A stretch of 63,971 nucleotides of DNA, counting the filler, from Craspedostauros australis (lineage: Eukaryota), in NCBI GenBank assembly GCA_030167865.1. It is 18 parts of 18 records of this genome, joined end to end, with 100 filler letters (N's around TTAATTAATTAA, not from the genome) between each part and the next. Parts side by side here need not be neighbours in the genome. Positions count along the whole stretch, not along the records: positions 47,562 to 48,659 come from JALAGF010002924.1; positions 48,760 to 50,111 come from JALAGF010002925.1; positions 50,212 to 60,599 come from JALAGF010002927.1; 15 more parts are not named here. One strand, written 5' to 3'. Both the position numbers and the translations under genes were made by a program. The notes under the pieces are model-generated. The model was given only the letters and a program-made list of their open reading frames with translations. It was not told the origin of the DNA and did not search any database. Below are positions 47,562 through 59,327 of the stretch, piece after piece. Within the stretch, counting starts at the first letter, position 1. Every line of letters starts with the position of its first letter.

Positions 47562-48659
47562 AAGAGGACCATGTCTGTTTGTGTGCGAGTATTTATGCAC
47601 ATGTGATGTTGTTGTTATCGTCAATGTTGCTATTTAGCCTGTCTCCGTCCAGGACTATTGCAACCAACCAGCACCGGAGAGTCATCGAACACACAGGGTC
47701 TGTTCGTGGTATTTTGGCAACTGTGCAACACAAGCCAAACACACAGGCGAAATCATCACGAACCAAACATGACCAGCATCGACAGACAGAGACAGAGAGA
47801 CGAAGAACAGGAGGACCGTGTCTGTCTGTGTGCGAGTATTTATGCACATGTGATGTTGTTGTTATTGTCAATGTTGCTATTTGGCCTGTCTCTGTGCAGG
47901 ACCATTGCAACCAACCAGCACCGGAGAGTCATCGGACACACAGGGTCTGGTTATGGTATTTTTCGATCGCACAACACCAGCCAAACACACAGGCGAAATC
48001 ATCACGAACCAAACACAACCGCTGTCAACAGACAGAGACAGAGAGACAAAGAACAGGAGGACCCTGTCTGTCTGTGTGCGAGTATTTATGCACATGTGAT
48101 GTTGTTGTTATTGTCAATGTTGCTATTTAGCCTGTCTCCGTCCAGGACTATTGCAACCAACCAGCACCAGAGAGTCATCGGACACACAGGGTCTGTTCGT
48201 GGTACTTTTTCGATCGCGCAACACCAGCCAAACAAACAGGCACAATCATCACAAACCAAACATGACCAGCATCGACAGACAGAGACAGAGAGACGAAGAA
48301 CAGGAGGACCGTGTCTGTCTGTGTGCGAGTATTTATGCACATGTGATGTTGTTGTTATCGTCAATGTTGCTATTTAGCCTGTCTCTGTGCAGGACCATTG
48401 CAACCAACCAGCACCAGAGAGTCATCGAACACACAGGGTCTGGTTATGGTATTTTTCGATCGCGCAACACCAGCCAAACACACAGGCGAAATCATCACGA
48501 ACCAAACATGACCAGCATCGACAGACAGAGAGAGACAGAGACGAAGAACAAGAGGACCATGTCTGTCTGTGTGCAAGTATTTATGCACATGTGATGTTGT
48601 TGTTATTGCCAATGTTGCTATTTGGCCTGTCTCTGTGCAGGACTATTGCAACCAACCAG
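47562..48659. repeat. ~247-bp tandem satellite, ~4.4 units, filling a whole contig
   Basis: GAGGACC anchor at 47564, 47811, 48057, 48304 and 48552. Confidence 0.95.
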
Positions 48660-49401
48660 NNNNNNNNNNNNNNNNNNNNNNNNNNNNNNNNNNNNNNNNN
48701 NNNTTAATTAATTAANNNNNNNNNNNNNNNNNNNNNNNNNNNNNNNNNNNNNNNNNNNNGATGCAAGCCTCAGTGCTGGCGACAACTCCAACAGCACAAG
48801 CAGCAGCAACACAAGCAGCAAACACAAGTCTCTGGGAGAGATCAAAGGTAAGTATATGGTTGGATGCGGGCCTGGCATCGTATTGCACTTCAAACCATTC
48901 CAACTTCGTCGAACTGAGAGAACGAATCGATACCCCACCAACAGATATTCACATCCACACTGACACTACCAATGACATTCACACTGACAAGGAAGGCCCA
49001 CCACGGTGTCTCCTCGTTGTGCTTCTGCTTCTGCTTGTCCTTGTGTCAGGGTTGTTCAATTCGAGAGGATGGAATGTTGGTATGGTGTGGTATTGTGTTG
49101 TGCTGTATTGTACTGTTCTGGAGACCCATCCATTGTGGGAAGGGAGTTGATCATGCCATCCCAAATCCAACCAACTGACATCCATCTCTCACAATCTGCC
49201 TTTCTCTTGCCCTTCTTTTCAACTGTATCTGTTACTCGTTGTATGCTGTTGCTTGTTGCTGAGCTTCGTCATCTCCATCGTCTCCGTCGCGTTTTCTCCC
49301 ATGACCATTCTCACTGATTCCTCAAGACGTCCAGTGCGTATCCCACAGTTCTTTCCAACGTCACAGGAAGCCTGCAACCATCCACCCACACCATACAACA
49401 G

Positions 49402-50111
49402 ATGACACCCCCAATAGTTGGAATACCACACTACGCAAGAACATTCACAACAACAGGGGAGAACAACGAGAGCAATAGCAGCCAGCAGAAACTTCTCCCA
49501 GGGAATTCCTCTTCCGCCAATCCACAGGACGAAAAGCAACCCAGCGTACTTGCAGCAACTGTCGCCAAGCCTCTCTCCAACAGATCTGGCACAGTATCAC
49601 CTCCTCCATGGGAATTGGTATTCACAAGTGCCTGGTTCTGGGATGACAAATGGACCATGACAGAGCTTGAACAACAATTGACAGATCAAGGATTTGGTCT
49701 CACTACTGTCGAGCCAGTGGTCTACTCGCGATCCATATACACCCCGATGTTCAATGACACAGAGTACCAACAAAAAGTGCGTCAAGAAGCGGAAAGTCGG
49801 TCTGAAGGCAGAACCCCACCCACGCTTCATCATTGGCTCTGCAACGTCAATAACATCGAATTTGCTCGCCAATCATTCACAGGACTCCCACCCCTCAACG
49901 AAGGACCACCGGCGTCACTCCAAGATGCCATCATCAACAAGTTGAACAGCGCCATCCGTAACAAAACAACAGAAAAACTCCATCAAGTGAAAGTTTCCAC
50001 TGGACAGGATGATTCGTATTCTTCTCGCCAGGTCTTCTACCTCGGCAACCCTCAGTTCCGACATCAAGCCAGAGATGGAAGATCGCCACCGCAGCTGTAC
50101 ATGGAAAAGAC
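49402..50111 (+). CDS. Hypothetical protein, 3'-partial
   Basis: ATG-initiated frame open to the contig end; no recognised domain. Confidence 0.4.
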
Positions 50112-50211
50112 NNNNNNNNNNNNNNNNNNNNNNNNNNNNNNNNNNNNNNNNNNNNTTAATTAATTAANNNNNNNNNNNNNNNNNNNNNNNNNNNNNNNNN
50201 NNNNNNNNNNN

Positions 50212-50691
50212 CTAGACGCCAAGCAACTCCAGCAGGATCCCATCATCCTTTGCGATCAGTGTCCAGAGTTCCCCGTCGTCCCAAAGCACATCTCATCCAG
50301 ACCGCACCGATACACCTACACCACGGCGTCTCGCAAGAAGACCCCATCCTTCCTGTCCAAGCCAATGTGGGGTGCCCAGAGCGCCATCACGAAGATCGAC
50401 GCCACCACACCTGGCAAGTACGAGGCATGGGCGTTCGATTCGGACGAGTTCGTTGGCGAGCCGACCATGGTCCGCAAGCAGGGCGCAGATCCGGACAAGG
50501 AGGATGCGTGCTACGTGATGACCACGGTATCGAAGGTGTCGACGGGAACAACGGACATCGCCATCATGGACGTTGAGGGAGAGGGTGCGTTGGAGAGGGG
50601 CCCAATCTGCCGCCTGCGCTTGCCGGAGTTCCTGCCGAATGCTGGGTTGCACGGAGGATTTTTCGAGGGTGCTGTGTACGACTTTGACTGA
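50212..50691 (+). CDS. Carotenoid cleavage oxygenase paralog, 3' end only
   Basis: EFPVVP...FVGEP...LHGGF; co-linear with 53463-53942 but with a different 3' flank. Confidence 0.85.
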   Translation, partial: LDAKQLQQDPIILCDQCPEFPVVPKHISSRPHRYTYTTASRKKTPSFLSKPMWGAQSAITKIDATTPGKYEAWAFDSDEFVGEPTMVRKQGADPDKEDACYVMTTVSKVSTGTTDIAIMDVEGEGALERGPICRLRLPEFLPNAGLHGGFFEGAVYDFD

Positions 50692-51653
50692 GTTGCTCAC
50701 GGCCAAGACGGAACAAGACAGATGCATGGGCAAAGCAAAAGATGGATTGGAGTCGATGGCGCAATTGTTCACGCAAAGACCTGTTCCGGGCTCATTTTCT
50801 AGATGAACGAATAGATGACATTTTATCAGACATGATGGCAAGTGATTTGACTGTGTTGTTCATTCCGAAAACGCTTCAAAATGTGAGACTGGGAGTTGAT
50901 GAATAATTCATTCATATTGGATTTAATTTTTGCTGCGACACACATGTTGTCGCGAAGAAGGGTATCAAGATGACGTCGACATCAATCGTTCTTCATCCCA
51001 GAATGCTTCTCCGTCAGACGAGAACTTCCCGCAAACAAGTCGGACGGAAAGGAACCCGGCATATTTCACAGTGGCGGAGAGCTTGTCATGTTCCGTGGTG
51101 GAACATTCACGCCATTCTCCTGCGTTCTCTGCCATTGGGACACTCAGGACCAAGGCGACAGACGCACCCCAACCCAACGCCGGCAATGACTCCGCGACAC
51201 CAGCACGAACACCCACGGTATCGCACATCAGTACCTGCACTCGTGCATCAGTGAGCGCGGAAAGACGATGGGCGGCGGCTACCGTGGCTGTTTGAGGCAG
51301 TACTGCAGCATGCCCCTACCTCGTGCGTCGCTGAAGATACTTTCGCAGGGAACCGCGGTGGCCACCGCTGTTGTTGTCAAGATTGTCATCATCGCTGTCG
51401 CCAACCACCACAAATCGAGGATATCGTCACAAAGAAGATCGCCATCCGAAATCAAAGACATCGTCATCCACAGTACATATCACCAAGAACCAACACGATC
51501 GTGCACTCAACAAGTGTCACAATCTCGCAACTCTGAAGTATCCACGAGCATTGAGAAAGAAGCGCCAGCGAGATCCATACTCTTACCCGCACCCTAACCA
51601 CCCACACGAAGTGAATCATTGCTCCGCAACGGCCGAGAGAAACTTTCGCAATC

Positions 51654-53942
51654 ATGATGAAAGCGCATCGCATCATGCTGGGTGTGCCAATTCTTCACCT
51701 TGGCCTTTTCGTGGTGGCTGTCCTGGTCTCCATGGCGCCATCAGTCGCATTCATTACCCATCCGATGTCACGCCTCACCCCAAAGACCACCCATGCGACA
51801 GCAGGCAAACCCAATACCAAGCCAATGGCCGCTGCCACCGTCGAAGAACCAACAGTCGCTCTCGATGCGGATACAGGACTCGAGACTTCCGCCCACACCT
51901 CGGATCTGCCCAAAGTGACACATCACACACCGGCCATCAATGAGGTCGGATGCGACGTGGAAGCATTCCGCCATGCCTTCCCCACTTGCAAGGAGACTGT
52001 CACACCCACCCAGCTCCGTTTTGTGGCCTCTCCGAAGAACAACGAAGCCACAACGCGCGCGGGGTATTCGACCAAGTCGTGGATCCGCGAAAACGGCGCC
52101 AACGGAATCCTTGGCCGCAATGACGATGAAACGGGGACTGGTGATCGACTCTCAAGCCAGGAATCGTCAAGTTCATACCGCGTCAAAAGTGACACAACTC
52201 ATGCAAGCGACGGACGCCTATTGCCCAACCTACCGGCTGACTTTCCATCGGGCACGTGGTTTCGGAACAGCGCCGGTCGCCTTGTCGCCGAGAATGGAGA
52301 GCAAGTCATGCATCCCTTCGATGGCGACGGCATGGTCATGGCTGTGACCTTCGACAACGACGAGGCGGCTTGTCATCCACCTCCGAATCCTTTTGCGAAG
52401 AGACGCCAAAAGCAACAGCCACAACAACAACAACGTCCCAAGTCTCGCATCACTTTCCGCAATCGATACGTCCAAACCGAAAAGTATCTCGAAGACCAGC
52501 GCACAGGAGGGATCAGCGGCCGTGGGCTCTTTGGCACACGCAAGACGGGAGGTTTCCTCGCGAACGTTGGGGACATGAATATCTCCAACGTCGCCAACAC
52601 CAACTGCGTCCTCGCGCCTGAGAGCAACACCCTCTACGCTCTTTGGGAAGGAGGCAAGCCGCACGCGCTTGATCCCAAGACTCTGGACATGAAAGAGAAA
52701 GGTGAAAGCAGTATGGATGGTCTGTTGAAGGAGGAGGATGGCATTGCGGCGCACTTCCGTTACGATCCCATCAAGCATACATACGTTACATTCGGCACAT
52801 CTTTCCCGGACCTCGTATCACAAACCACGCGGGTATGTCTGTACGAGCTGGATGCCGACACGTTCAAACCATCGAATGTCATCGATCGTGATGCATTTGA
52901 CCAACAGGAACATTCGCCGATGACCACAAGCGCAAGCAGCACCCTCGAACAGCCCAAATTCTTCCTCAATCTCCCGGGCGTGGTGCTGATACATGACTTC
53001 ATCTTGACCGAGAACTACGTCGTCTTCACCTGGGTCAAGGCAGCACTCGATCCTTTCCGCACCATGAAGGCGCTGCTCGGATTCGGTGCGATCAGTGGCA
53101 CGATGGCGATCCCGGAAGATAGCGAGACGGTGTTGCTGCTCATCCCACGATCGATGATGGCTGGATCCGATCTCAGACCGATAGATTTCACCGATGACGG
53201 CAATATCTGCATCGACGCCCTTGCCGATGACAGGATTACCCGCATCGAGCTCCCGTTCTCATTCAATTTCCACTTCGGAAACGGTTACGAGACCCGGGCC
53301 AGTAATGGTGACCGTCAGCTCATTTTCGACATGATGCGGACCAGCGAAGACAAGGACTTCGATTTCGCCATCCACTCATCCAACAACAGCAACAAGCCAG
53401 TGTGGGAGACATTGCAACCAGAAGATGTCCCGGTTGGTGATATGACACGTCACATCGTCAACCTCGACATGAAGCAACTCCAGGAAGATCCCATCGTCCT
53501 TTGCGAGCAGAGCCCAGAGTTTCCCGCCGTTCCAAGGCACGTATCTTCCAGACCACATCGGTACACCTACACTCTCGCGACAAACAAGAAAACACCATCC
53601 CACCTCTCCAAGCCAATGTGGGGCGCCCATAGCGCCATCACGAAGATCGATGCCACCACACCTGGCAAGTACGAAACATGGTCGTTCGATTCAGATGAGT
53701 TCGTTGGCGAGCCGACCATGGTCCGCAAGCAGGGCGCCGATCCGGACAAGGAGGATGCGTGCTACGTGATGACCACGGTATCGAAGGTGTCGACGGGAAC
53801 AACGGACATCGCGATCATGGACGTCGAAGGAGAGGGTGCGTTGGAGAGGGGTCCAGTCTGCCGCCTGCGCTTGCCGGAGTTCTTGCCGTACTCGGCATTG
53901 CATGGAGCATTCCACGAGGGTGTTGTGTACGATTTTGATTGA
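51654..53942 (+). CDS. Carotenoid cleavage oxygenase (RPE65/CCD/ACO family), probably plastid-targeted
   Basis: HPFDGDG motif; four Fe-binding His (AAHF, IHDF, FHFGN, LHGAF); EFP and GEP motifs; signal peptide ending SVA-F followed by an S/T/K-rich stretch. Confidence 0.93.
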   Translation: MMKAHRIMLGVPILHLGLFVVAVLVSMAPSVAFITHPMSRLTPKTTHATAGKPNTKPMAAATVEEPTVALDADTGLETSAHTSDLPKVTHHTPAINEVGCDVEAFRHAFPTCKETVTPTQLRFVASPKNNEATTRAGYSTKSWIRENGANGILGRNDDETGTGDRLSSQESSSSYRVKSDTTHASDGRLLPNLPADFPSGTWFRNSAGRLVAENGEQVMHPFDGDGMVMAVTFDNDEAACHPPPNPFAKRRQKQQPQQQQRPKSRITFRNRYVQTEKYLEDQRTGGISGRGLFGTRKTGGFLANVGDMNISNVANTNCVLAPESNTLYALWEGGKPHALDPKTLDMKEKGESSMDGLLKEEDGIAAHFRYDPIKHTYVTFGTSFPDLVSQTTRVCLYELDADTFKPSNVIDRDAFDQQEHSPMTTSASSTLEQPKFFLNLPGVVLIHDFILTENYVVFTWVKAALDPFRTMKALLGFGAISGTMAIPEDSETVLLLIPRSMMAGSDLRPIDFTDDGNICIDALADDRITRIELPFSFNFHFGNGYETRASNGDRQLIFDMMRTSEDKDFDFAIHSSNNSNKPVWETLQPEDVPVGDMTRHIVNLDMKQLQEDPIVLCEQSPEFPAVPRHVSSRPHRYTYTLATNKKTPSHLSKPMWGAHSAITKIDATTPGKYETWSFDSDEFVGEPTMVRKQGADPDKEDACYVMTTVSKVSTGTTDIAIMDVEGEGALERGPVCRLRLPEFLPYSALHGAFHEGVVYDFD

Positions 53943-55781
53943 GCTGCAATGTGGTGGCCGACCATGATTGCATGGTGCTTGGATGGTAGATATAATACGT
54001 GCGAGGAATACCAAAGAGGACATTCGTGCGGGGTGGATGCTCGCGCTGGTTCAATTAGGATATTAGCGGCATGCAATGAGCCCAAGCATGAGCATGCCGA
54101 CCGAGAGAAACTTCAATGGCTGAGAGTTCATGTTCTTGACACAGTATTGCAATCCATCGACTCTTCTCTGTTCTGTTCTGTGGTTTTCTTCCCTTCTTCT
54201 GCTGCGCTCATCTCTACCAGCTACTTGATTCTATGCTCGATCTCAGCCTACGAGTGGATAGATGGGAGAACAGTGTGTCGGTTGTCGGTTTCATCGCAGA
54301 GTTCGCGTCGGTGGCACATATCTTGGACTAGTTGGAGCCGAACGAAACGTTCGCGAAAACTATCAGGTTGATCATTCACGAACACGATCGAGTGTTTGTC
54401 ATCGAACGCAATTGGAAGAGAAGAATCATCACTGAACAATCTCTCAGGATGTCAAAACGGAACAACTTCACTTATTGCAGTGATGCATTTTTCGATAGTC
54501 GATCCGTGAGGGCGATTGTAAACGATTCACGGAACGCGCCAGGCGATATTTCTATTGCAACACGTTCCCAGACGCGGTATCATCCGAGGGAGAAACGCAA
54601 TCTCATTGCATGACAACGCAGAGTCTCATCTGTTTGGGCGAGAGGTGTCGAGTTGGGATGGTGTTGTGTGTTTGTTGACTCGACAGAAGAGAAACGATGA
54701 GCAACTGTGAGTGTCGTGCTTTGATTCCAAACTTGACATCGCAGTTGGTTGCCTCTCGAGTATTGGTGTAGCGTGATGTGTACTCGTGATGGCATAGCTT
54801 TGTGATACGGCAAGAATTGCAGAAGAGCAAAGTCGGCTTACTCTGTTTGAGCGTGTTCGTAGTTGCGGTTACAACGATGGTTTTACGCTGGTTTTGCGAA
54901 GCTATTGTCGCTTCCAACAAGTTGGCGTGGCGGTGTGATGCTGTTGCGCTACACAAATTGTGACAGTGGTCGTCACGCGGATACGCCGAAAGTCGAATCC
55001 TCACGGGACCGCCAGTGTGCGCAACCGCCATAAGTCAGCCCGAGATGATGCGTCAAGATACAACAACATGTATGGCAATGGCATGTCGGGCTTTGCTCTT
55101 GTTGCCGACGCACATGCGTGTAGCAAATTGTACACTGCGTGGGACAAAAAGTGGCTTCAACGACGATACTTCGTTTTGCGAGCGGGAGAACAGCGCATCA
55201 TGCATCCTACGCCAAGCACACAGGAACAGGAGGGGCGGAGAGTATCGCTGTCAAAACCACGATCAAAGGCCCCTGTTCTGTGTGTTTCGCCCGCAATTTC
55301 GCTTTGTTTGGCGACTTGCCGTTTCGCTGTGCAGTTCGAGACACGAGTGTCGTTCAGTGGCTGATGTTCAACACTGACCTCCGCTGGTGTGCAGTATACT
55401 TGCATTTGATGAGAGACGAAAAAGAGTCTGTCTATCCTGTGATCATTTGGCAACCAAAGCACAGAGCAAGTTCGGCCCGAGGAAGACAGAGAGCGGTGCA
55501 GTGCTGTTTTGGCCGTTGCTGGCGACATACTCACGTACATCGGCGGATCACGCATTCAAACCATCGTGTTGCGCCTTGGAACAGTAACAGTAACAGAGAG
55601 AGAGAGAGAGAGAGTCGTCGCAACGACCAGCCGATTGATCCACAAACCCCTCATATTTCGATCCGCTCACAGGGAAGCCCATTCGATACAAATAACAGCC
55701 GATCCAAAGAAGCAACAAGCACCCGAGCAACTCGACACACACACAAGAGAGAGAGAGAGAGAGAGCTTCATCAACATCAAC

Positions 55782-57413
55782 ATGGCACCGTACTCCAACA
55801 TCGAGCAACCAGAGACGCAGCCTCTGGACCGCAACAACAGCTGCGATGAAGCCCATGATGGCACCGACTGGGCAGTAGCCAACAATCGCGACTCCATCAT
55901 GATGTCGCCCGTCGCCCATCATGGCAATGCTGGCAAGGTCGCGATCCATTCACCTACATCGGTCATGTTCCCGTTCGATTCCTGTCCGTTGGAAACGGAT
56001 AGCCCAACGACGTCGACAGAGGCGGACATGCGATCCCTGTGCGTGCCCTTCGACGATGGCAGCGTGGCTTCGGTCGATCTCATGGAGGACGATGGGCACT
56101 CGTATGACGTCAACTCCTTTGAAGACGAAGAAGGCGACATGTCTTACGATGAGTTCGATTCATCGCCATGGCCAGGAACGGAAGAAGAGCATGACAACAA
56201 CGACAGCAGCGACAACAACAGCGACGATGAGGAACACCTCCAACACAGCAGCGACCACGCTCCGCAATGCCGTTTCCGGTACGTCTTGCAAGATGCCAAG
56301 CCATCGTCCACCGTCCAATTCACGCCGATCGTGGAGGTTGTGGACATCCCGCATTGGTCGTCCTTCACCAAGCGAGAGATCCGTGATGCGTGGTACACCC
56401 CCAACGACTTCGACCGGATGAAACGCGATCGAAGACGAGCATTCCGTCGGCATCATGAAGGGATTGAGCCTCATCATCGCGACACCAGCTCCATCAACGC
56501 GCCTACATCCGCTCACGGCAACGGCCACCGTTTGATCCATCCGAACATGGACGTCAAGGGTGCTGAAGCACCCTCTGGCCAGCTGGACGCATCCTTGCAG
56601 ACGCCGCGGAGACCCATGCTCTGGCGCTCGCTTCAGCAGTGGTGGGGGCGGCCTCATGATGGCCAATGCCATTCCGACGATGCTACCGCCAACAGACATC
56701 GAGGCGCTTCCACCGAGTTCGATGACCTTGGCTCCCACGACGACTGCGATGACGGCCTGGACCTCGACTTGGATGCCGATGACGAGCCCCTCCAGCTCAC
56801 CGATGGCTTCGTAGCGAAGGTTGCAGATCAAGACAGCCGCAAGTCCAAGCCTTTTCATCTGGCTGCGTTCGAATCTTTCCTCTACGCCAGCCAGCAAACG
56901 TCCAACAATGAAGGTCCCATGGATGAACACAAGTCATCGGATGCCGGCCACGACAGCGACAACGCGTCTGCAGGACGATCGCGACAAGCCACAGGCTGGC
57001 TTTCACGGTTCCACGTCCACGAGTACACGGGCGAGATCGTGCTGCGCAAGCAATGGGTGCCCCACATCGTTCGCGAAGAGCAGTGGTACCAGCAGCAGCA
57101 GAGTCCACCCATCCACGATCCCTACATGATCGCCGATCTCTACGCCGAGCAATCTTCGCCGTGCGTGTGGTTTGCGCTGCAACGAGCTTGCCGATTGGCG
57201 AAGCAGCTGGAGGAAGAAGACGGCGACGAAGAGGACGGTGTCGACAGCGATGACGAGCAATCCATGATCTCCGTCGACTTTGAGAATGAAGCAGACAATC
57301 GTGCGTCTGCTGACAGCACCATCAACGGAGTCAAACGCACCGGCGAACACGTGCGCGGGTGGGGACTCATGAAGCTGATGTGGGTAAAATCCGGGGACAA
57401 GCAGCCACAGTGA
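55782..57413 (+). CDS. Acidic hypothetical protein
   Basis: Long ORF with likely start MAPYSN; blocks VQFTPIVEVVDIP...AWYTPNDFDRMK and DPYMIADLY...ALQRA separated by low-complexity sequence. Confidence 0.7.
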   Translation: MAPYSNIEQPETQPLDRNNSCDEAHDGTDWAVANNRDSIMMSPVAHHGNAGKVAIHSPTSVMFPFDSCPLETDSPTTSTEADMRSLCVPFDDGSVASVDLMEDDGHSYDVNSFEDEEGDMSYDEFDSSPWPGTEEEHDNNDSSDNNSDDEEHLQHSSDHAPQCRFRYVLQDAKPSSTVQFTPIVEVVDIPHWSSFTKREIRDAWYTPNDFDRMKRDRRRAFRRHHEGIEPHHRDTSSINAPTSAHGNGHRLIHPNMDVKGAEAPSGQLDASLQTPRRPMLWRSLQQWWGRPHDGQCHSDDATANRHRGASTEFDDLGSHDDCDDGLDLDLDADDEPLQLTDGFVAKVADQDSRKSKPFHLAAFESFLYASQQTSNNEGPMDEHKSSDAGHDSDNASAGRSRQATGWLSRFHVHEYTGEIVLRKQWVPHIVREEQWYQQQQSPPIHDPYMIADLYAEQSSPCVWFALQRACRLAKQLEEEDGDEEDGVDSDDEQSMISVDFENEADNRASADSTINGVKRTGEHVRGWGLMKLMWVKSGDKQPQ

Positions 57414-57713
57414 AGATGATTGGCGGTGCCCAGTGGAAGCAACTGGACGCGCTTTGACGCAACTCGACAATGCAAGCACAACAATTTTTCAAAACGCCAC
57501 AATAAACATCATACTAGTACAAATACACCATAAACCTGTGAACCGCACTCCACTCTGTGGGATTTAGTGTTAGTTGGGTCTGTGTTTTTCCATACGTGCG
57601 GGTGGAGATGGCAATGGTGCTGTGGCAATCCTTGCCTTCCTTTCCAAGTATATAAAACATACTCGTCTCAATAGCTGTGAGCACTGGTTTGCTTTTCGCA
57701 CCCAATCGGTACG

Positions 57714-59327
57714 TCACCTGCGTTCATCGTGATACGTCGGAATCTCGTCCTGGAACTCGGCAGCGTGGGCATCACCATCTTCATCCGTACCTGCACCCGT
57801 TTCATCCTCCTGCGTCGCCTCCAACGATAACCGCCGCTCCGAGGCAGATTGCTCTCCGCTCGTCGCCGCCAAGTTGACCAGCACGAAGCCGACCAGCACC
57901 GACACCGCACCCAGGATGCTCGTCAACTGCAGCACGTCGGCACGACTTTCGAACAGCCAATCGCTGATGAACGCCAACGGTATCGTGAGACCCAACCCCA
58001 CCGTGGCCACCGTCGCATCCGTCAGCACGACCGCGCGCGCCCACAGATAATCGCTGAGCACGTTGTCGAACAGGCCCTTCACGATGACGCACGCGAAGAT
58101 CATCCAGGAGAGCTCGCTGAGGATGCCAAGCTGATTGTCGCCGTTGGGCACGAAGAAGAGCTGGTAGATGCAGATCGGCAGCAACGTGACGAAGTTGCAC
58201 AATCCCACGAATCCCAAGAAGAGGGGCATGCGGAATTTGGATTCATCCTTGGGCAGCAGCACGCGGATCATGACGGTGTAGGAACCGTATCCGACGGCGG
58301 ACATGAGGCCCAGGACGTCGCCCCGGACGGATGCAAGAGCGTCCGGAGTTGTTGCGTCGTCGTCTTCTTCTGCGAAGAGAGCGCCGCTCGTTATGTTTTG
58401 CATCCACGCCGTGCTGTTGTCACCAATGCTGTCGCCACCACTTGCCGTCATCTCGGAGGCATCGTGCAAGCCGGTGATGATGGAACCCATCATTCCAAAT
58501 ATAACTCCAAACAACTTGATGTAGGTGTATCGTTCATCGCCCGACAGCACGGCAAATGCAAACGTGAACAGGGACCCCGTGCTGGCCAGCACAGTGGATG
58601 ATGTGATGCTGGTGAACTTCAGACTGGCGTTGTAGGCCCAGTTGGAGATGAACCAGATGGGCGCGATCTTGATGGCCGCAATGCAATGATCCCGGATTGT
58701 CCACGATAATTCATCGTCGCTGGGGCCTTCGGGAGTGGACGATTGGTACGACGAATGGTGCGAATTGACGGAGGGTGAATCCTCTATTTGCATGGATGGC
58801 GAACGGCGTTCATGATCCATGAGGTTGTCATGCGATAACGAAATTGTGGATGCTGGCCTTGACACTAGGTCGTCATGATGCAGAGGCGCACCGAGTTTTG
58901 GGACTTCATCGTCCGTATCGCCGTCTGCAATTCCTTCGCAAATGCCAACGCCTGATTGTCCCATCGCCAGTGGCTTTGTGGAGAATTCCACCATCGCACC
59001 TTGCGCTTCATTCATATCCGACCCGTTCGATCGAATCGCAACGACCTCGTACTGCTGCCGTGAACTATCGTCGCCACCTGCCGATAACCTGCGGCGTTGC
59101 AGGCAGGTCTTGGCGTATTCCATCGGCAAGAGAATGACGAAGAGCGAGGCCCCGATGTATGTCAAGAGGAAGGGAGAATCGAACGATTCATTTGTGTAGA
59201 GGAACTGCACCATGATGCTGGCGGCTGACCAAATCAGAGAGACCAGGAAGATGAAGACCAGTCCCAGGGCGTACGAAGACAGCGTCATGGTCTGCGACGG
59301 CAGCATCGGTATCGATGAATTCGTCAT
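57714..59327 (-). CDS. SLC35F5/THI74-like EamA (DMT superfamily) transporter
   Basis: ~10 hydrophobic helices; FDSPFLLTY, PIWFISNWAYNASL, GLFDNVLSDYLWARAV and VGLGLTIPLA motifs. Confidence 0.9.
   Translation of the reverse strand: MTNSSIPMLPSQTMTLSSYALGLVFIFLVSLIWSAASIMVQFLYTNESFDSPFLLTYIGASLFVILLPMEYAKTCLQRRRLSAGGDDSSRQQYEVVAIRSNGSDMNEAQGAMVEFSTKPLAMGQSGVGICEGIADGDTDDEVPKLGAPLHHDDLVSRPASTISLSHDNLMDHERRSPSMQIEDSPSVNSHHSSYQSSTPEGPSDDELSWTIRDHCIAAIKIAPIWFISNWAYNASLKFTSITSSTVLASTGSLFTFAFAVLSGDERYTYIKLFGVIFGMMGSIITGLHDASEMTASGGDSIGDNSTAWMQNITSGALFAEEDDDATTPDALASVRGDVLGLMSAVGYGSYTVMIRVLLPKDESKFRMPLFLGFVGLCNFVTLLPICIYQLFFVPNGDNQLGILSELSWMIFACVIVKGLFDNVLSDYLWARAVVLTDATVATVGLGLTIPLAFISDWLFESRADVLQLTSILGAVSVLVGFVLVNLAATSGEQSASERRLSLEATQEDETGAGTDEDGDAHAAEFQDEIPTYHDERR

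Noticed and set aside
47579..48707. Repetitive ORFs in the satellite; possible hammerhead-bearing repeat
   Set aside because: The unit length varies (246-248 bp) and shifts frame, and no CTGANGA...GAAA core was found by eye on either strand.
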